From Chrysomallon squamiferum (lineage: Eukaryota; Animalia; Mollusca), in NCBI GenBank assembly GCA_012295275.1, contig CM022667.1:19654001-19718000 (forward strand): DNA of 64,000 nt, read 5' to 3'. The notes beneath the pieces were generated by a model. That model saw nothing but the letters and a program-made list of their open reading frames with translations. It did not search any database and was not told the origin of the DNA. The position numbers were made by a program, and so were the translations under genes. Positions 39,778-61,491 of the stretch are shown piece after piece (within the stretch, counting starts at the first letter, position 1; every line of letters begins with the position of its first letter).

Positions 39778-39974
39778 GTGATTCTGTTAATGAAGAAGTT
39801 TCTAAGATTAAATACTTCTTTCTTTTTAAGAGAAATGAAAATGCAAGCTTAAATTGTTAAAACATATATAATTTTGATTTTTATGGGGGTTTTTATCATT
39901 ATTTTTTAACTACTATAAATACATATTTTATATTTCAGAACGAAAAGAAAGGTCCAAGGACAAAAGCAAAATAA
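34019..39974 (+). CDS. IMPACT: Protein IMPACT (RWD domain plus UPF0029 'ancient' domain; GCN2 inhibitor), 282 aa, 11 exons
   Basis: Exons: 34019-34048, 34784-34900, 35366-35418, 36040-36102, 36384-36466, 36976-37041, 37280-37380, 38491-38564, 38665-38755, 39129-39263, 39939-39974 (849 nt, in frame). Motifs: QIEEIEALTAIY, DYPSNSPP, DRKSKFQAH, ATHNIFAYR, CEDDGEIHAGSRLLHLL, VTRWYGGIHLGPDRFKHI. Confidence 0.95.
37510..37725. repeat. Degenerate tandem repeat of about 38 bp (taataagaatacctgtatgaacac)
   Basis: About 6 copies in IMPACT intron 7. Confidence 0.8.
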
Positions 39975-40763
39975 CAGAAAATTTATAGTGAAAAAAAATA
40001 ACAATGCAATGATGACATTATTTTAAATCACATTTCATTAAGTCATGTGATAATGGAAAATTTAGCACATATTAAAAAAAAAAAAAAAATGGTGTTTACA
40101 TATTGCCAGTTATTTTCAAAAACTTGAAACCTTTTTATGATACATAGCAACAAACATGATTTGTTGCAAAAACACCTAATATTTGTAAATCATAGAATGT
40201 TGAAAATTCAGTAGCAGAGAGAGAGAGAGAAAGAGTGAACAAGAGAGCGAGAGAGAGAAAGAGTGAGCAAGTGAGAGAAAGACATTGATTTATTGCTGTA
40301 CAACAGTAAACTTAGTTTTGTGTTCATTTTAACGGTATGGCCTAATGGTCTAAATAAATTTATTGTTTTTCTATTATTTTTATTTTTATTTTATTAATTT
40401 TGTGATGAATTATCAGTAAAAACAAGATAAATTGTTAGTGTAACATGTTACAAAAATATTTAAACATTATAATTTCACCTTTGGTGTTCAGTAGCTGTGA
40501 CATACTTTTTGGCATAATCTTGCATATAAAATCATAAAATTATTGATTTGCTCTATGTAGGACTTTTGCTTTAGCAGTCTTTTGGTTCCAAATATACTTA
40601 AAATAATAAACAAACAAACACACAAAACAAAAAAGAGGAAACAAAAACGAAAGACAAAAAAATAAACTCACATTTAAAAGTAAAAATGAAGTAATTTATG
40701 TACATGTGTACGGCAAGCAACAGAAAGCAATACGACTAAGCTCAAATTTCAGACACCCTCTCT

Positions 40764-40804
<41 letters not shown>

Positions 40805-41071
40805 TAATAATAATAAATAAATAAATAAAACTTCAGCCGTTGCTCTTCAGTTCGAAACATGAAAATTATTAAAATGAGTTTGTTTAGCCGAAAAACTGCA
40901 TGACAAATAAAATGTGTTTACGTATAATCTGTGTTCACGTTAATATTTAATGAAAGAAAGAAATGTTTACCTGAAGAGAATTTCGACATCAGAATAACTG
41001 GTGTTTTGTGATCTGCGACCGCACAGTTCGCTTCTTGTTGCTAAATGACGTAAAATAATTGTTGACGTCAT
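37752..41071 (-). other. Candidate spliced antisense transcript interleaved with IMPACT (orphan ORF or lncRNA)
   Basis: Minus-strand GT/AG-bounded, less AT-rich islands at 41071-40971, 40596-40506, 38262-37967 and 37857-37752 join into one open frame of 197 aa. See findings. Confidence 0.4.
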
Positions 41072-41125
41072 ATTCTTTCATAAAACCGGAGTCGAACGAA
41101 ATCTGACGTTAAAAACGAGGTCATT
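41040..41125. promoter_or_regulatory. CpG-containing promoter-like patch with three CRE/ATF cores
   Basis: TGACGTAA near 41046, palindromic TGACGTCA at 41063-41070, and TGACGTTA near 41104. The patch lies immediately upstream of a strong minus-strand donor CAG|GTAAAC at 40971/40970. Confidence 0.55.
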
Positions 41126-42214
41126 ACCAACAACTTCTGTATAAAAATATCAAAAAAAAAAAAAATAAATAAATAAAAATAATAATAAATAAATAAATAA
41201 ATAAATACAGCAAAAAATAATAATAAATAATGAAAATCAATTAGAATAATTAAAATGTTTAATCTACCATATTCTATATGCCTTTTTATCAGTCTGTTGT
41301 TCTCGTGCCCCTTTTCCTTAGCTTTAGCATTATTAATCTTCTTCTACTACTTCTTCTCCTTCATCTTCTTCTTATTAAGTTATTGTTATTATTTAGATGT
41401 TTTTTATGTTTATTTTAAAATTTTAATCTACCTTTAGTTATTTATATTAGTTGTCAAAGTGTAAATATAGCACTAATAATAGCAGTAGATAATAACAGTC
41501 GTCGAATAAAGTTATAATAAAACTAATATTAATATCGTAGTTATAGTATTCATAGCAATGTTATAGCAGTTATAGTTGTATCGGTAATAGTAATACTGAA
41601 AGCAGTTGTAGTAGCAGTTATAAGAAGAAGAAGAAGAAGAATTAATAAATAAATAAATAAATAACAACAACAATAATAGTAATGCATTTTGTAAAACCTT
41701 AAACAAATTAAATATATACACGTATATTATATATTATAAGTCATCACATTTTCATTTAATTTAAAGAACTCTTTTGAAATTTTAATTTGCATTTTCATTT
41801 AATTTAACCCTTTTGAAATTTAATTTTTTTTTTTTTTTTTTTTTCTTTCACAATATTACTAAAGTAATTTTTTTCTTGTTTTTGTTAAACTGATACGGTG
41901 TAGTTTTAGAGGCTAATAAAATAATTAAGCAGTAAACTTGGCATGAATTTGTAACGTGATTCCTTTGTTAAGATTTGTTTAAATCGCAACATCGTGGTAA
42001 TTTTCACACCTAAGATTATATGACCTTTTATTACGTCATTGCCTTTGCATTTGGACCACATGTTAAATGTTTATGTAATAATCGTTTTATTTTTTATTTT
42101 AAATCTGTTTTGTTTGGTGATTTTTGTTGTTGTTGTTGTCTGTTTGTTTTATAATTATACTACTGCTTCTAGATCTACCACTGTTACCTATCACTACTAA
42201 TATAATAATAATAA

Positions 42215-42260
<46 letters not shown>

Positions 42261-43789
42261 TAATAATAATAATAAAATAAACACTAACAACAACAAAATT
42301 TAATATAAATATCTAATTGTTGTTAATGTTCGGAATAATATGTAAGATGTCCTAAATAAACATTTATTTGTTTTATTACGAAACTAAGACTTTGTTCTTA
42401 AGTCGTCAGCACTCAGCTGTTTTAACAATTGTTTATTAAATCTACATCAGCGTTTAGCAATTACCTGTCATTATTTTCAGTGTTAGTTACGTTAACACCC
42501 TGCTCATCTGTGAAAACTGTTTTTGAAACATTTGTTTGTTTTTCCAAGAGTACACTATGTTGTCTTTGTGTTTATGAATGCGTGTATTCAGAAATTGCGC
42601 TTGTGTATTTGTAACAATGTGTGTGTGTGTGTGTGTTTAAGAAAGCTCAGAATTTTACCTCAGAAGTAACCGATCTCAAAAAATCGTGATGATGATGATA
42701 ATTACGATGACGACGATGACCATAATGTTAAAAATATATTTTTAAAATGTATATAGTAATTTATAATAAACATACACGCACGCACGCACGCATACACACA
42801 CAATTAGATAGCTAATACATATCGGAAGTACAGTCTGTCTTTTCCTATAGACCAACGGAAATACGTAGAATATTTAGATGCATGTAAAATATTTTAAACC
42901 GCCCACATATGAAAGAATGCAGTTACGAACTCGCAATACAAGTAGCTGATTATTAAATGTTAATAGTCATCTGTGAAAAACCCGATATATACACAAAGGG
43001 TTGCTGGATATATCCGAAGAATCCGAAAATAATTAGTATAAATACTGAAATAGTTAAACAAAGAATTAACTATAAATATTTCCTAGATATATTTTACCTA
43101 CTTTTTGAAAAGTGTAAAACATTAGTAGTAGTAGAAGTAGTAGTTGCTTTTATTTCTAAAGTGTCAAAGACGATTTCTTTCTTCCTGCTACACTGTAATA
43201 TGTAACAAGATACGAACACATGCGATAGTACTGCGAGGATCTGGGAGGGGGGCTTCGATAGGGTTTGGATCCCCGCTTCTTTTATAGGAAAACCACATGT
43301 ATTTCCATTCATCGCAAGACACCACCTGTTTACTTTTTGTTTTCAAATAAATTAATATAGCTACGTGTTCCACAAACTATTTTTATAATAACGTTAGTTG
43401 CTTTTATATAGAAAATCGACACATTTTTCAAGATTCTAGATCCGTTCTGCAAGGACAAAGAACCCATACAACAACAACCCCAAAATCTCCCAAATACAAG
43501 AAATTATATTTTATAAATGTATTTGCACAAAATCTTTAAATATTTTATAACAATCGTTTGGTTAATAATCATAGAAAACTGTTTTTGCTTTATGAAATAA
43601 AGACCGATATAAAGATTTTTTTTTAATAAAACAATGAAACTGCTATTAAAAATGAGTTAATGTGTATAAGTTTCTTAACCTTCCACTAACGGCTACAGAA
43701 GATGAAAACGATTCATTTAGCCATTATTAATGTTATCTTCTTGTATACATCTTCATTATGTGTACAGTGTGGGAGAATAATGAAAACAT

Positions 43790-43828
43790 CCACGTCACGT
43801 CAAACGTGGCATTCCTGACTGCCACGTA
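43790..43828. promoter_or_regulatory. Cluster of ACGT-core bZIP sites (UPRE-like) about 1.2 kb upstream of PPIB
   Basis: CCACGTCACGTCA, AACGTGGC and GCCACGTA fall within 40 bp; CCACGTCA is the reverse complement of the UPRE TGACGTGG. A further GACGTGGC lies at 44937-44944. Confidence 0.45.
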
Positions 43829-43961
43829 GCCAGTGCTGAGAAACAGAACAAAGCTTTCAGACACGGAAAGTTAGGACTTGGCGTTCACTGTCAGTTTACC
43901 AGCCTTTCTCTAGCCACAAAACAAACTGTTAATGAAACAATAACAACAACAACAACAACAC

Positions 43962-44018
<57 letters not shown>

Positions 44019-44990
44019 AATAATGTTTATGAAATACGATAACTGTCGATGATGTAGATGATAATGATAAAGTTCAAGTTTTAAAAGCTAAAAATTACTA
44101 ACGGATTAACAAAATGTTTTTAAAATTAATAATATTAATAAAATAAAATAAAACTGAATATCGGTTTAGAACAATTCTTTTAAAAAATGGGAAGGTACAG
44201 TAATGTAAAGAATGCAACAATTAACATACCCGTAAAACTACTTAGGTTACGATAAAACAGGCGAATTTTATAAAATTACAAAAAAAATCAGTTTTATCAA
44301 TTGAACACGTTATAATAGTAAAAATTTTATAAGTTGCACATTTTAGTACGAAAATTTTGCCAATTCCATAAAATGTACAGCCACGTGTACACAAGGAGGG
44401 GGAAGAAAATGGCTACTGTAACCCCCCTTCCAGTTTTCAAAGAAGCAGACCCATGAATGCATTCATGCATAATAAAATCCTGGTACTGAGCTTTTCGACA
44501 CAACAGTATCTACAAACATTTGGTATTTTCAATAGCTTTAGCCAAGCTGTGGCAGATTACGCAACACATGTACTTTGGTACCAAGCCTGATACTCAAACT
44601 AAAGAGAGGCCTATTCAAGTGATAGTTTATACAGTAAAATTTAAAAAAAAAAAAAAATTGTCTGTGCTTTCAAAATATCCATAATAAGTTATTTAGTGTA
44701 AAAAACAAAAAAATAATTAATTAATTAATTAATACGAAAGAGAAAATAAATTTCAACAAACGTATGAACTATATAATTAATCAACAGCACTAATTCAGTC
44801 TTTAGTAGAGTTATTTCCACAATAATTACACTGGTTTCCGACCTAAAGAATGTCACCCTCTTAAGGGCCTCTTCCGCCGCGGACCGCATCGCTTCTGCGA
44901 GGCAAACGAAACAGCGTAGGAACATCACTTGGGTAAGACGTGGCATAAAAGATTCCATTCTCCAAGAGGAAAGACGTGTTAACTTCAGCT

Positions 44991-47032
44991 ATGGAAACCA
45001 AGATATTTGTTGGCGTGCTTTCAGCTTTATTTGCTCTATTTACAACAAGCAGGGTACTTATAACTTTTTAATTTTGATCGATATATGTTTTGCAGCTTAG
45101 TATTACAATGTTTAAATACTTTATTAGTTTGTAAAACTTTGTGAACATTTTGAGGCCTTTATGAGGTATCCCTATGTCACAAAAATAAAATTAATTTAAA
45201 ATAAAACTACTGTACACCGACAGCTGCACGTTGTTGGGGTGTGATTTCATGTTTAATAATCCGAACGTGTTCCAAAAGAACCCTGCATCATAAAAATGCC
45301 TTTATTCTCCCTTTTCTCCTTTCCCTCCAATTTTTAAAATAAGAGTAACGGTGACTTTAATATTTCTAGTCATAACAAGATGTAACATTGGCCCGACTGG
45401 AATATAATTAAAACGGACAAAAATAACGATAAATAGAAAATTTATAAAATATATTTACACGCAACATTAAGTTGACTAATACTTAACAGTGTTGAGTGTA
45501 ATGATTTTAATTTTACATATTTACAAATTATATTATAATCTATATTATTATTTTTTTTTCTGTACGAAATTATTTTAAAAAAAAGAAAGAAAAAAATAGT
45601 ATTGTTAGAGCACTAGTAAGTTTTAATGTATAACTGTATGTGTATTTGTAGCCACTTTATTATTTGTTATATGGTACTTTCTTCTGTTTAGGCATCAGAC
45701 ATTACAACGGTCACAAAGAAGGTGTATTTTGATGTCACCATAGGCGACAGAGCTGTTGGACGCATTGTTTTTGGCTTGTTTGGTGACACAACACCCAAAA
45801 CTGTCAAGAACTTTGTTGATTTAGCAACAGGAGTTCATGGCTATGGCTACAAAGGCAGCAATTTCCACAGAGTTATTAAAGATTTCATGATTCAGGGTAA
45901 GTGATGCACTTACAATTTATAAAATATATGTAAATTTATTAATTCTGTAAAATACAACTTACAGTGCTGGGTATGTCATTTGAAACAGTTAACCTCTGTT
46001 TAACTGGTACATGAACAATTATGCAGAAGAAACAATAGCTGATAGTGTTGTATTAAATAAAAATTAGTATTCAAAAACATTAATAATATTACAAAAATTT
46101 CATTTTGTAAATATTGAAAGTTTGAATTACTGTAGATTCTAAAATTAATTTTAAAGTATTTAAAAATGTATATCTATTTGTTTAAAATGTAATTGTTTTA
46201 GTTCTTCACAATGAACATAGACAAAAGTCATTGTGAACTGCCTTAACTAATTTATTTGTTCGGTTGATAAAACAATTTGGTTGTTTTTCCAGGAGGTGAC
46301 TTTGACAAGAAAGATGGATCAGGAACAAAAAGTATCTATGGAGATTATTTCAAGGATGAGAACTTCAAAGTATCACACTATGGTCCAGGCTGGCTCAGTA
46401 TGGCCAATGCAGGTAATCCATCTTGTTCTTAATCTTGGTAGTTATCTGCAGTTATTTCCCTTCGTTCAACGACTCAGTCTGAATTGTATATTTTGAATGG
46501 CGTTACTAATACTTAATTTTTGTTTTCTTATTTATTATTTTATTTTGATATTACGGTAACTAACCTTTGTATCTACAGTCTGATTTTAGCTTAAACACTT
46601 GTTAAATGTATTAATTATTTAATAATAAATTATTATTTTTTAAACTCTAATTGTGACATTGAGTTAAATATAGCAATACATATATTAAAGAGATTGGTTA
46701 TAAATCTTCAGTGAAAATTAGTAAGTAAATATAATAAATAAAATGTATTTGAGAACTGCTGTTAATTAATGTTATCTTCGTACGTTTTTGTAGGAAAAGA
46801 CACCAATGGTTGTCAGTTTTTTGTCACATGCATTGCTACACCATGGTTGGACGGCAAACACGTAGTGTTTGGTAAAGTGCTGGAAGGCATGGATGTTGTC
46901 CATGAGATCAGCAGTGTGCGAACAGACAGCAAGGATGGACCCGAGGAGACAATCACTATTGCTGACTGCGGAGAAATCATGGTGGAAAAACCTTTTGTTG
47001 TAGAAAAAACCGGTGTTGACGTACAAAAATAG
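44991..47032 (+). CDS. PPIB: Peptidyl-prolyl cis-trans isomerase B/C-type (secretory-pathway cyclophilin), 208 aa, 4 exons
   Basis: Exons: 44991-45053 (signal peptide), 45692-45896, 46293-46412, 46794-47032 (627 nt). Motifs: [58 protein letters not shown], and the CypB-like tail VEKPF. Confidence 0.92.
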
Positions 47033-50000
47033 ACATTTCTAGAATTATTTTTTTTAATTTGTAGGAGTTCAGTTACAGTTCGAAACATTTATTGGTTATT
47101 ATAAAATGGTGCATTTAATTATTTTTGTTTAATGTGTGAGAAAAAATCAAAACATTTAGGATGTTATCTACAAAATTAATTATGAAAACTGATAACACTA
47201 AAATATATAAAGTTTGAATATATTTTGAGTTATCAAATGTGAAGTATACATCAAAACTTGAGGTTTGTTAATAACTTAACCATATATTTGTTGCATCAAA
47301 CTGAATTTCAATGTCGGTAAAAAAATATTTTTAAGGAGGAAAAAATCATGACCACAGATAAAATTTCAGATAATACACTTTATCTAATTTTTATATTCAA
47401 CCTTTGTTGTATTCATTGAGATTTTTACAAATAATTGTCTGGTTGTATTAAAACTATAATTTAGATTATTATCTCATGTGTGAGAGTCCATTTGTTTGTA
47501 TATTAAACCACTGTAATTTTGTAATTTTTCAATACTCGTATATTTTTTGTTGTAAACATCTTTGTTCATTTATTCAGTTCATTACACAATATTTTTAATT
47601 TCATTGAGAATACATTGACTTTTCTTCTCATTTTGATGTAAATTACTATTCAGATACAGCTAGATGACAGATTTAAAAATGAAGGATGTTATATTAAATA
47701 GTAATTTAAAATTTATATAGAAATTACTCTTTGGATAGTTTAATCATTTTTTTCTTCTACAAATATAAATACTTATGTTGGTCACAAATTATGAATTATT
47801 TTTGTAAAGTCTCATATGGGCTAGAAATGTATCTGAATAGTTATTACAGAAGTCAACCGGTAAATAATATTTCATCATTATAGTAAATATCAGATGTGTT
47901 ATTATTGACTGTCACATCTGTGCTATTATTGACTGTGATATGAAATATCTGGACTCCGTCCAAAGTAATTACATCCTTCATTCAGCAGTAGTGTTCAATA
48001 GCAGCTTGGTCTCACACTGGTGCTAATAATAATGTGTGGTTTTGTGCATTGTTTATTGAATATGAATAATATATAACAGTTTCTTTGCGCACACACTGAC
48101 ATCTCTGTGGAATGTTGTTCAGACTGTAGCCATGACATTGTTAAATTGAGACAGTGACATACTTTTACTGATCAGAGTGTAAGCTGGGACTTTCTTTGAA
48201 ATTATAAATACTTTAAATAATTGAATGGAAGTTAGGGCCTTGTGTTTTTTTCAGATGCTGATGCAGCCATGAATCTATGTGAAACCAGACCTGTAAACTC
48301 GTGAGACAGCACTGAAGATACTTAGTTGCCACAATGGAAAATGTACAGTAATTGTTTAGATCATGAAATTTTGAAAAATGGAAGTGTTTTCAAGACTGGG
48401 AATATTTGTAATTTGCCAGACTGTGTTCTGCGATTTGAGAACAGTGCTGACAGACATGTCAAATTTTATGTTAGTTTATATTTTAATGATTAGAACAATG
48501 TTAAAGAGGAATATTGATTTGGTAGATATAATATCTTTTTAGGTTATTGTACTTAAAGTAATATTTGTAGATGCATTTATTATTATATTTACTTCTGTTT
48601 TTTTTTTTTTTTTGGCAAGGAATGAATCTGTATGCTCGTTTTGAATGATCCTTAAAAACTAAACCAAAAATTGTTTCTTTGTTTGCACATACTAGTCACA
48701 GAATCCATGTGCCAAAGATAGTAATAAACTTAGGAAGTTAAAAAAAAAAAAAAAGATAAAGAACATGTTATTAATCCAGTTCTGATGAAATCCAAAAATT
48801 GTAAATGGAAAGTTAAATCTTGTTGTTTCTTTACAAAAATATTAAACAGATACTGAATCTGAGCATAAAATCAAAATGTTTAAATGTTAATCATGATTCA
48901 AAGAAAATGTTTTATTTCAACTTTGTCTTTCATTATTGTGAACTGACATTTTGAACATATATGTGTAATGTTTGATATTTGTACAGATTTTATTAACCTT
49001 TTTCTTTTTTAAAACTTTTTAAGAATCTTTTTTCCCTGAATTAATACAAATATATTTTTTACCCTTGATGAATTTTGCATAATAAATGTTTAAATTTATA
49101 GAAGTATTTTTAATTTGAAAAATTTTTCAGGAATCTCATTGTTTGTACTCTGGTATGTTCACGTTGTTTTACATATCATTGTTGAACTATTATTGCTTGA
49201 CTGAAATGTATTTTTGAATGTGGTGTTCTGATAAGTAATAAAGGTGTTTTCAAGAACAGAAGTTTTCTTCTTTTTGTTGATAGCTTTGCTTAATTCGTGA
49301 ACAAAATAAACACTTCTGAACTGTACAGTGCTTAATTCTTAAAGTTTAAATTTATTCTCGATACGTAACTAACCTCCCCCTGTTGATTTTCAATTTCAAA
49401 AAGAACAGTGTAGGTCAATATTGAAGCATCAACTTTAGCAACTTATATGGATGGTATTGCCATCACACCGATTTCAATGCTAGGCCTGTAGCCAAAACAT
49501 AATGATGGAATAAAACAATGTTACAAAGTTCCATAATTAATATCTACTGACCATTAAAATGTGCATTAGTTTTAATGTCAGAGTTCCATTTGATGTATCA
49601 AAAATATCTGATGTGCAACTATAAATTCCTTATTGTATTAATGTCAGTTTATATCAACAAAATGAGAAAAAGAACAAGAAGATGTATACTGTAGTTTGCT
49701 TTATTATTCACAAACAATATTCATTAATAACCAGAAGTCATGAGCTATGGTTTAATAAAGCCAAAATTTCAATAATCTACGGAAAGGATGATTTCTATGA
49801 GATGTTTTTCACAGCATTTTCAAATAATTACCATCTTGTATCTATGTCCTTGTCTCTTTTTTTTTGTTGATTACCAGATAAAATTTGTTATTACTTTTAA
49901 TTTTTAAACAGGGCATGTAACCTAAGAAATATCTTGAAAACTAACAATCAATTAATAATTATCTCCATACTTTTATTGTGAACTGTTATTATTTCTATTA

Positions 50001-52297
50001 TGAGCAATTGTATTTCAACAAAAAGTAAATATTAAATTAGTGACACGACAATATTTTCAAGAAATTGAAAACAAGAACATTTAGTATTCAAATACAGTGT
50101 TAAGGATACATGAAATGAAATGAATTTCACAAGCAAAATAGACTTTTTGAGCATAAACACATACACAATGTGGTTAAATGCCTAAAATGTTGTTTTAATT
50201 TTTAATTTTTTAAATTTTATTTTAATTCTTCGTATGTACAATTTCACTAATACATGTACATGAATGAGTGATATATATTTACAATTTCAAAATAACCTGA
50301 TACATTGTAACAACACATACCTGTAAAAAGGTACAACAAGAGACTCAACGGATCTGTTTGGTTCAGAGGGGTGCATGTTAAACACGCTTGTATAATAACA
50401 TACATCTCTCTCTGTACTGAACACACACACACAAGAATTGAAGGCTTCACACTGATATGCTTAATGTGTTTTATCTTTTACACAGTGAAGTTACTTAAAT
50501 AATAACAAACTCTTGACAGTTTAAATTAAACTGTAGGCTATTTAAATAATAAGAAACTATTGTTTATAATTTAAATAACAATCTTAATAACAAGCTGTCA
50601 ATTAATTAAAAAAAAAAAAAAGTAAATAAATACAACAGGAAAAAAAAAGGTATACCAATGTTGTATATATATATATATATATATGTATAATTGGCAGTTT
50701 AAAATTTTGGACACAAAATAAGTATTATAACATCTAAAATTAACTGTGACCTTGTTTGATCTTTAATCAACAATGAAAAAATCCTGTAAAGACAACCAAT
50801 AAGATAAACAAGTTAATAATATTAACAACACACTCTACGTTTTATGAGTGAAATACTAAACTCTAAATTCAATAGAAATTTTCTGTCAAACTATTTATAT
50901 TTAAAAATGTTAATAAGGATGTGTAATTTTCAAAACCTTTTTTTTTCTTTTTCAGCCCAACTACCAGAATATTTTAAAATGACACTGAATATATTAGTAA
51001 CAATCTAAATTATACGCAACACAATCATATTTCCTAATCTAAATTTAATACACAAATATTCTTCAGTTTTTATATTTTCTCCAAGTCACGGGTACACTGT
51101 ATTCATTAACAAAGAGTTTTAAAATAATATTTATAATTGTAAATAAGATTTATTGTTAAGAAAGTAAATTTAATATGATTTATCTTTTTACTTACATTTG
51201 TAAAAAAACAAACAAAAAAACCCCAACAACAATGATATATCAAAGAAACAAGGAAATTATTAGTCTCAAAAGCTATTAAAATTACTATTTCACAATTCTC
51301 TCTTTGCAACTTAGTGATGGTTATAGCAAAATACTTTAGAGTTTACACGCAGAAATGAATACTATTTAAAGTTATCAAACTTTGGTTAGCATGAAAAACA
51401 TTCATTTTGTCAACTGTTTAAACTGTGATTATGTCCAATAAAGATTTAAATGTTTGTAGACAATCCGATTAGCTCAAATGAGAGGAAAACTTTGCACTGC
51501 CTGTAATAATTTGTAAACATGCTGGTCTTAGATGTGTAGATATCTGAAAACCTCTCAGAGGCAAAAATACAAGAACATGAAAGCATACCAGTTACAGCCT
51601 ATGAACAACCTTTTGTATGAGATGTGAATTTGACATTAAGTGCAAAGGTGGGTATGTAAAGCTTGTAATTTGTAACTTGACATAAGATCAACAAAGGAAA
51701 CCAAATCATAATCAACAATGCTCAACTATTCTTAATTAAAACAAAATATCGAAAATGCCCAAATAAATTTCTTTTATTTTTAAGGTTCTGTCATATGTAT
51801 ATTTAAAGTAAATTTCTTCTTTATTTTTTTGGACAAAAAATAATTTCAACATAATTTTATTTGGTTCAAAATTGTCAAATTTTAATAAATATAACCAAAA
51901 AAATAAAATGAAATAAACCAACCAAAAAACAAACAAAACGGGAAATTTAAAAAAGAGAAATACTAAAAAGGATGTAAAATTACATGTCAAGACTATTGCA
52001 TGACTAGAGCTAATGTATCTGCCTGCCTGAAGTGAAAATAAATTTGTCTCTTGCTCCTACATTCCTTCCAGCATATTTGACAATTTCCAGCCTCAAAGAA
52101 ACCTTAACATACATGTCTGATCTAAGCCTTATTACAAACCTAAATGACAAACTCTCAACGCAATCTGACAAAAATAATGTGATTACAGGATTGTAAACAC
52201 TGGTTGTAGCTTGCTGAGCTTTGCCTGCTGTCCCCGGTGCCAGTCTAACTGGGATACCAATTTTTGTGGAGGTCAAGTCTGCAGTGGGTGACTGATG

Positions 52298-61491
<9,194 letters not shown>

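Larger units (their letters stand above)
36295..44020. repeat. Scattered (TAT)n/(AAT)n microsatellites (the span lists several separate tracts)
   Basis: Tracts at about 36298-36376, 38876-38925, 39726-39777, 42200-42272 and 43962-44016. Confidence 0.9.

Noticed and set aside
43225-44470. G/C-run-rich patches (43228-43280, 44380-44470; similar at 34300-34480) as genes or structured RNAs
   Set aside because: They look like short decayed repeat fragments, with no ORF, paired termini or family signature I can support.
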